In this document: piece by piece, positions 54,714 to 64,000 of the stretch | Position numbering within the stretch: position 1 is the stretch's first letter | Layout of the letters: each line of letters begins with the position of its first letter | Assembly (NCBI GenBank): GCA_951406725.2 | Contig: OX597822.1 | Location: 111,042,001 to 111,106,000, forward strand | DNA from: Octopus vulgaris | Taxonomy: Eukaryota | DNA length: 64,000 bases | Reading direction: 5' to 3' | The notes under the pieces: generated by a model | What the model saw: only the letters and a program-made list of their open reading frames with translations | What the model was told of the DNA's origin: nothing | Databases searched by the model: none | Translations under genes and position numbers: made by a program

Positions 54714-55047
54714 TATATGTATATGTGCGTGTGTGTGTGGAATATGCCAAGTAGAAATCTCGGAAAATAATAGTTCAGGTAAGAAATCATTGCATAATTA
54801 TGTGTGTGTGTGTGTGTATGTGTGCGTGCGTGTGTGTGTGTATTTATATATATATATATATATATATATAAGTAGTGAATAGAAGAAATGGAGTTGAACG
54901 AAGATTGTACAGAATTCCTTTTATTACATTCTACACATGTGTTTTTTTCTGCTGTGATGTTTGCTACCCAAGTATCGGTTAAACTTTTGAATAATCTGTA
55001 ACAAGAAAATTCATCTTTCCATTTCAACAAATATATATATTAAAGTA

Positions 55048-55290
55048 TATATCTGTTAGGCATGTGGAAGAGGATGTAATTTGGCAGGAGGACTTAAACG
55101 ACATGCAAAGGTACATGAAGCCCAGTTACAACTACAACCGGCTATTACCGGTAAAGGTTTTAGTTGCCAATTCTGTACAAGACATTGTAGATCTTTAGCT
55201 GGGCTAAAAAGGCACATTCGATCACAGCACCAATAACAGTTAAGCTTCGTGCAATGGCCATACTCGATAACGAGGGGCAGCCATCATATA
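55048..55290 (+). mobile_element. RTE-like LINE 3' end carrying two C2H2 zinc fingers
   Basis: 55048-55236 translates as YIC*ACGRGCNLAGGLKRHAKVH...FSCQFCTRHCRSLAGLKRHIRSQHQ*, followed by a short UTR with the stem-loop ctcgataacgag and gggcagccatcat, as in RTE tails. Confidence 0.65.
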
Positions 55291-55296
55291 TATATA

Positions 55297-55714
55297 TTCT
55301 CTTATTCTTTTCCTTGTTTTAGTCATTTGACTGTTGACATGCTGGAGCACCACCTTAGGGAGTTTTAGACGAGCAAATTGACACCAGGACTTATTCTTTG
55401 TAAGTCTAGTACCTATTTTATCGGACTCTGTTGCCGAAGCGCCAGTTTAAAGGCTCCTAAACATAAGACCATCGACTGTCAGGCGACGGTGGGTGGTACA
55501 AATACAAACGTAAATACTCAAATAGACACACACATATACATATATACATATGACGGGCTTCTTTCAGTTTTCGTCTTCCAAATCCAATCACAAGGCTTTG
55601 GTCGGCCCGAGGATAAACTAGAAGACACTTGCCCAAGGCGCCACGCAATGGGACTGAACCCGGAACCATGTGGTTGGGCAGTAAGTCTCATACTACACAG
55701 CAACGCCTGCACCT
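55297..55714 (-). mobile_element. SINE family B, diverged copy
   Basis: Family B body and tail with many substitutions. Confidence 0.85.
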
Positions 55715-55778
55715 AATTATACAGCTGTGCAGTGATTAATTAAAAATTAAGTCTCGTATACTCCATCTTCCGTCTTTC

Positions 55779-55810
<32 letters not shown>

Positions 55811-55877
55811 GGTTTTGTTAGGAAAATATAAATCTGGAGAGGAAGCACACTATAAGAAGTAGACCAGTCTGCATTTA

Positions 55878-56183
55878 TTAGTGGTGAAGGCCGGTTTATT
55901 GGGTTACCCTGGTTTTTTCGCCATAAAGTTACCTTTACAACGTATCTTCAGACACAAAGTATGGCCTCTTTAAATTATGGAGTGGAGAACGATACAGACA
56001 CAAACAATGGGGATTATCTCCCTTTGCTGCTTGTCATCGGCTACGGGATATGTTGTTCTCCTTTCCTTGAGCTACGCGTCCTGTCGTAATGAAGGTAAAA
56101 GTCAGAGCCTGAACATATGTTATAAAGGTACCCTTTATGGCGAGAAACTCACGTTAACACAATAAACTGGCCTTCACCAGTAA
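55878..56183. repeat. Degenerate inverted repeat (~76-bp arms, ~150-bp spacer) between (TA)n tracts
   Basis: TTAGTGGTGAAGGCCGGTTTATTGGG...CGCCATAAAG matches the reverse complement TTACTGGTGAAGGCCAGTTTATTGTG...CGCCATAAAG. Confidence 0.8.
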
Positions 56184-56206
56184 TATATATATGCGTGTGT
56201 GTGTGC

Positions 56207-56261
<55 letters not shown>

Positions 56262-56339
56262 GATCCTATATGTATGGTTCTTATGGCAGCCCGAGGATCT
56301 GATAACATAAATGAGGTTTTCAGAGGTGCAAGTGATTCT

Positions 56340-56660
56340 TGGCCTTGTCTAAAATGGAATTCTGATCCTTCCAAAAGATTGGGAGATGTTCCGCAGTTAG
56401 GACGACCATACGTTTTTACTCTTGCGTCCGTTATTCTTGAAAATAATTTAGCATCTGTGAAGATAATCTTCAATGTGTTTGGTTGTTTACTGCTTTTAAT
56501 GATTTTATGGGTACGTAGAGTTTCCTTCAGTTATGGAATCCTTATGGAGTATTGGGAAATTTTAGACAATGATGTTAAATGCTTGTTTCTGTGGTTGTAT
56601 GCGGAGACATATGGTAGTGTTTACAGAGTTGGTGTGTTATTGTGTTTCACTTTTCTATGT
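56340..56660 (-). mobile_element. Penelope-like element ORF fragment (RT-to-endonuclease linker, Neptune-type Cys motif)
   Basis: LPYVSAYNHRN...THKIIKSSKQPNTLKIIFTDAK...VKTYGRPNCGTSPNLLEGSEFHFRQG matches PLE LP.V.TYNP...KRQP.NLK...CG.P.C.TCP. Confidence 0.75.
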
Positions 56661-58544
56661 TTTTATGTCAATGTTTTGGAAGGATCAGATTCCATCTGAA
56701 ATCACGCTGGTATCATATTCATACATTTAGTTATTCAAATATTTCATTCATGCAAAAGCCTTACTAAAATTTTTCAAACGGAATGCATAGGATATAACAG
56801 TTTATATGCAACGTGTTTCACACAAAGTAGTAGATGTATAGAGGGTTTATATAACATGAAATGTAATAAACAACGATTTACATGCTTTGGCAGTAAAATA
56901 TGTATTTACTTTATGGCGATTTTCCAACAAACCATGTTTATTTATTTCTCTTTTTTAAAACTTTTATAACAAATGTCCACACATTAACTCTTTATTACAC
57001 ACACCAATTACACGCACATACACACACATAAACACACACACGCAAGCACGCACACACATACACATTCACAGAACCATATACTTGCAGAAAGCACGTACAA
57101 ACATCTTTCACTCACACGAATGATAGTAATATATATCAAAACAGCTGGAAAAGTAATTAATACTATAATGATATTTGTGTGCTTCTGTATTAAATATCGT
57201 GTTATCCAAGTTTACTGACAAAGGAAATACAAGAAAAATGTTTTAAGCTTCGAGAAAATAAAATATACAATTAATGACAGTTTATGACTCATATCAAATG
57301 TGAAAAGGCAACTAGCCTTTGGCATAGAGCAAAGTAACATAGAAACTATGCCAATGGTAATTGGACTCTGAGATATGAATGTATGTAAACACTAATAATT
57401 TTAAAGATAAATTTGAGACCATTTAAAGAGCGGTTGCCAAATGCTAACTAGAAGCTCTAAATATAGTGCAAACTTTCAAAGTAAAATATGTGTGTTTTCA
57501 TCAAAACGTTAATGATGCGTAGAATTGTTAGTTCACGCCGTCTGGAAACGCTTCTGAAGAAATGTAGGAAATAGCGTAAAATGGCGATTGTCCAAACCAC
57601 AGTATAAACATTTGATATTTATCTGATATTTAGCCAAAGGTAAAGAATACAGGTAATTATTTTCGTGACTTGAGAAATTTATTTTAGTTACAGAAGATGT
57701 TCATTGAGGTCCAATGTGTTTAATTAAAATAGGCAGTTATTGTTAAATGCCTATTTTTATTGAGGAACAGTCTTAACCTTTACACATGGTTTCGTTTTGG
57801 ATTTAATGTGAAAGCCAATATATTTATATAATTTTCTATATAAATATCCATTTAATAAAATATTACATCATTAAAAGTTTAATTAATCCTCACTGGCAAT
57901 AACCACTGTTCTTCGGGTGTGGTAGTCCCTCTTGCTGGTTTCCAATCTGATCATCGAAGATTATTTGACTTCTAATCAATATGCAAACTTCCCTCCTTCA
58001 GTTCTTATATAAAAAATGTTGCTTCATACCGCCTTGAAAGTACGCACCTAGCAAACTTCCCACCTGCGAAGTTACCAAGAAGCGTAACGATTCTTCTGAT
58101 CCAGTGTACTAGGACTATTTCTCAGAAAGATGTTCTACAATTTTGAAAACTTTGCTTCTCCATGAAAAATAAAAGTATTAACATCTTTGAAATTCCAATT
58201 TATTTAATTAGATTTTCAAAACCATGGCTTCATAGCTTATTTCGATAAATACCACCTCGAAAGTTTCACTGGAGAAATCAATTTTACCTATACATACGGT
58301 TTAAGATACGTGTAACCAATTACTTTACCACATACACAGTGGTATTATACAACTTTACAGTGGCACCTCTTCGACGTTATTACTTTTAGGAAGCTATGTT
58401 TTGATGCAGGGAGCAAATAACTGATAACCTGTTGTACTCCTGTTGCTTTAATTCACAGGTAAGGTTATTGTACTGTATGTTCACAGAGACAACATTTAAC
58501 TCTGTGTTTTTGTTACGGAATTCCTATCTATCACGCACACACAC

Positions 58545-58588
<44 letters not shown>

Positions 58589-61189
58589 TATTTATCATTT
58601 AAATACATTTCTGATTTGCATTAAATACAGCGAGCAATACGTTAAGGGATATCCAGTTGTAGATTGGTTTATTCAAATTAGTTTTTTATTATTTATCTAA
58701 TTAAATTTGTCTATAGATATATATATATATATAATAGAATATGTTGGCTAAAAAAATCTCCATAAATTCATCTGTGCACCTTTAACACCTGTCACTCGTA
58801 CAGAAGCCCGAACTACCATACGTAAAACACGTACAACCCCACAAAATTCAGAGAGTTCAAAGTTCATATTGAGTGAGATTTATTAAGGTTAACATGTCAT
58901 TCATTCTTTTGCCATTATTTTCGCTGAATGAATTGGAACATTGGTTATTGAAGAAGGAAAACATTTAAGTATCGAAATATTTAACCACATATGTTACAAG
59001 ACGAAAGAAAATTTTGATATATCGACTTATCGATAAAGGAGCCATATGAGACTTCCTTTCGATAATTACTTATCGGAAGGAAAACGTAGATCTATCCTAA
59101 TATTTTCGACACGTGGGTTACTGGAAGTTAGAAAACTTTGATTTATCGAATTATGACCAATGTGATTGCTCTGCAGAAATGTTGTGTGAACGTTGGGACG
59201 GATTTGTAGGACTTGGATATATATCTATAATTATGCTATTTAAGGAAATCTATATCTGTTAGAGTTATACGAATGGTACAAAGGAAGAATCTCTGGTTCA
59301 AATTTTGATTGCATCGCTGGTTTAATGATTTAGCTCAGAGTTTTCTAAATATTTTTTTTTCTTCTTTCTCGTATTTACTCTAATTTTGTGACATGAGTGA
59401 GTCTGAGTTATCTAGAAGATATCAAAATTACGTTACAGACTTATGAAGTAGCGGGTTTTCTTACTTAGTCTGGGTTCTTATCACACATTTCTAAATATAA
59501 TCTGTCTGAAGATTATCATTTAAGATGACACCTTCATTATTAAGAACTTTCTGAATTTTTAATTATATTAATCTAAAAAAAAAACAAAAAACAACAATGA
59601 ATCTTTCGGTTCTAAAAGCAATATGGTTCGCATTAGCTAATTTGAAACTCATTCCTCGAAATCTGATAGGAACCAATTAGCAGTTTATCCGCAAAGCTGC
59701 TTTTATGATAATAATAGATTTTACATTACTAAAAGCATTGGAGAATCGAGGTAAAAGCTAATTTGCTTTGCGTACTGATTGCTATTTTCAGCATTCTAAT
59801 TTATTCACTTGCATTACATATTAACCCTTTGTATTGATGTAATAACTTTGAAAAATATGGAGAAATATTTTGAAAGCATACGCGAACATGTGATTTTAAA
59901 AATATAAACTCTATTTTCCCTGTAGATTTGATTTCCATTTCTAAACGTACGACTCTGTTGTTGTGGAAATGATTGTGATTTGAGAAATTATACATTTTTA
60001 ATGAGTAATCGATACTAAATAACGGAAGCGTTAATTTTAAATATTCTTTGATCTCAAATTGCTTACAATACTCCATCATTATAGACAAATGTCTCTATTC
60101 ACATAATTATTTTAGTGTAGAAACTTATATAGATTTCAGGGAAAAAAATATTTGAAGTAGAGTACGGATTGCCAGAATGTAGATAAATTCTAACTGTGCA
60201 GCAGAAAACTGTCCCAATATTAATTTCATTTCATTTATTGAGGAAATTATACGAAATATCAGTTTACTGCTATCAGATTTCTACTAAATTATTTCTTTCC
60301 TTTCATAAATTAATACCATATAGGATATTGAAAATGTCAGAGACGATATATTGTTGGAATATCTGAGGCATATGCATTGTATATTTGAATATATTTCCAT
60401 TACAAATAATATAACATAGCTTTGAAATAGAACAATAAAATTGCCTCGTGTATAATCAAAGAGTATCACGTCTCTGAATTCAGCTGTGGATACATTTACT
60501 GTCTTTCATAATACATTTGCTTAACATTGTTTTCCCAAAAGAATATGGACGTTTATTTTCTAATTTCGTTATCTCAAGAAACACTGATATGCACATTCTA
60601 AAACAAAATGGTTTCCGAAGTCTAAATAAAAATCAAGATACTTAAAACCATTTACAAACAATTGTGTTTCTTATGAATTAAACCAAAAAAAAAAAAAAAA
60701 AGAAAGAAAGAAGGAAAATTACTGATTGATGAAACGTTTTAAAAGTCTAAAAATAAATTGTAAATAACTTTTAACAAATTATCATCAGCAAAAACCACAT
60801 TAAAAGAATAAAACAAGCAAACAAATGAAGAACAGCAACAAAATAATTTTAAACACGATAAATATATTTGTTCCAGAACTTATTACATCTGTAATATTTA
60901 TGAACATATTAATTTGAAATTTTATATAATTTTCATATTCAATAACACAAATAATTTCTTTTTCCGCATTTGTATTTGACATCAATTTGTGTTATAATCT
61001 CATTCAGTCAATATTTAATTGGTTCAACAAACTAGTATGTTACTGGATATGAAAGTTAATATATATGTACACACGGTATTTTACTTAACATAATCAAAAT
61101 AGATATAGAGCTTGTTAATATATCGTGGAAATACTCCATAATCATAGGCACAAAAGTATTTCCACAACATATCAACAAACTCTATATGC

Positions 61190-61286
61190 TACCAAGTTAG
61201 TCACACTGAGTGTCCCCTTGGACACGTCTCATCTACTATAACGTCGGACCGAACTATTTGGTAGACAGAAACTGAAAGAAGTCAAT

Positions 61287-61290
<4 letters not shown>
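61190..61290 (+). mobile_element. SINE family B degenerate fragment
   Basis: tttggtagacagaaactgaaagaag followed by (TA)n. Confidence 0.55.
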
Positions 61291-61365
<75 letters not shown>

Positions 61366-62142
61366 AAATAATATACGGTTTAAAATGCTAAAATACTTTT
61401 ATCATAAACATTTTAGTACCGGTTTCTGGCTTTGCCACTTTTTCAACTTAGAGTAAAGCCTGAAAAACAATTAAATTGTGGAAAAATTAAATGAAATGTT
61501 TTTTAAAATATTTCCATCGTTTTCAAATGCAAGGGACATTTTTTCCTTCTTCTGTCTGTCTCTGTCTTTCTTTTTACTCTTGTGAGGGCTTGGAAGCTGG
61601 TAGTAGAAGTCCTAATATTTGATGTGATTTCTCGGTTTTGATTGTTTAAGCAGCAGTAGCAGCTGAGGCGACGCCGGCTCGGATCCCGCCTTGGTCTTGA
61701 ATGAGGATTGGGGGATGGGGGAGTATACGAGCACAAGCGATGTTGGGGAGGAATAATGATAAGAGGTTGAAAAGCCTCAGTGTTATGATGTTTAATGTTT
61801 ATTGCATGTTATTGTCTTTAAGAGGCTTAACGCCCCAATTCTTAAGTGGACTTTTAGTCCAAAAAGTGTAAAACTGAGGTAAGAGGTTCATTACCTCGTT
61901 TTGTCATTTTCTGTGGAAAAAAAGAAGAGAATAATGTTTTAGAGACTCAGAAAATAAGCGGCTGTTGTTTGTCTTTCCCCATTAATATCATCCTTATCAT
62001 CATTCACCTCATCAATGTCTTTGTCCAACCCGCAAGCTACTCTTATCATGGCTTAAATGGCAAAAGTTTTGAAATAAAGTAGTAGGATGTTGGTGGAATC
62101 CTCTTAAATGGTCAAGTGCCCTAAAAGTAATCTCTGATCGAG

Positions 62143-63860
<1,718 letters not shown>

Positions 63861-64000
63861 CATATATATATACATCTGCCAATCTGTCTGTTTTATCTGT
63901 CTGTCTTTCTGTCTGATTCATTGTCTATGTATGTATGTATGTATGTATGTATGTATGTATGTATGTATGTATAGATGTATGTATGCATGTATTTACCTAT

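Noticed and set aside
59027-59065. Short imperfect hairpin ttatcgataaaggag...cttcctttcgataa
   Set aside because: It is too short and imperfect for a miRNA or MITE call without expression or copy-number data.

Overview
AT-rich eukaryotic non-coding DNA (intronic or intergenic). I can find no intact host protein-coding gene; most ORF-track entries are microsatellite or SINE translations. The repeat content (three abundant tRNA-headed SINE families and very long (TA)n, (TACA)n, (CA)n and (TATC)n tracts) looks like an octopus/coleoid cephalopod genome, which is an inference from recognised repeat style. Mobile elements: SINE families that I label A, B and C; 5'-truncated RTE, CR1 and Tx1 LINE fragments; Penelope-like (PLE) remnants with type I hammerhead-ribozyme motifs; Helitrons; and Tc1/mariner-type MITEs. 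Most notable observations: (1) SINE family C shares its 3' terminal 42 nt with the Tx1 LINE in this window and forms head-less tandem multimers joined at one fixed site in its own tRNA-like hairpin loop, suggesting a Tx1-driven, self-targeting SINE; (2) several distinct hammerhead-like motifs and long foldback hairpins are embedded in TA microsatellites; (3) four closely spaced inverted retroposon pairs could form long dsRNA; (4) one SINE head is found with three unrelated tails. Coordinates were counted by hand and may be off by a few bases.
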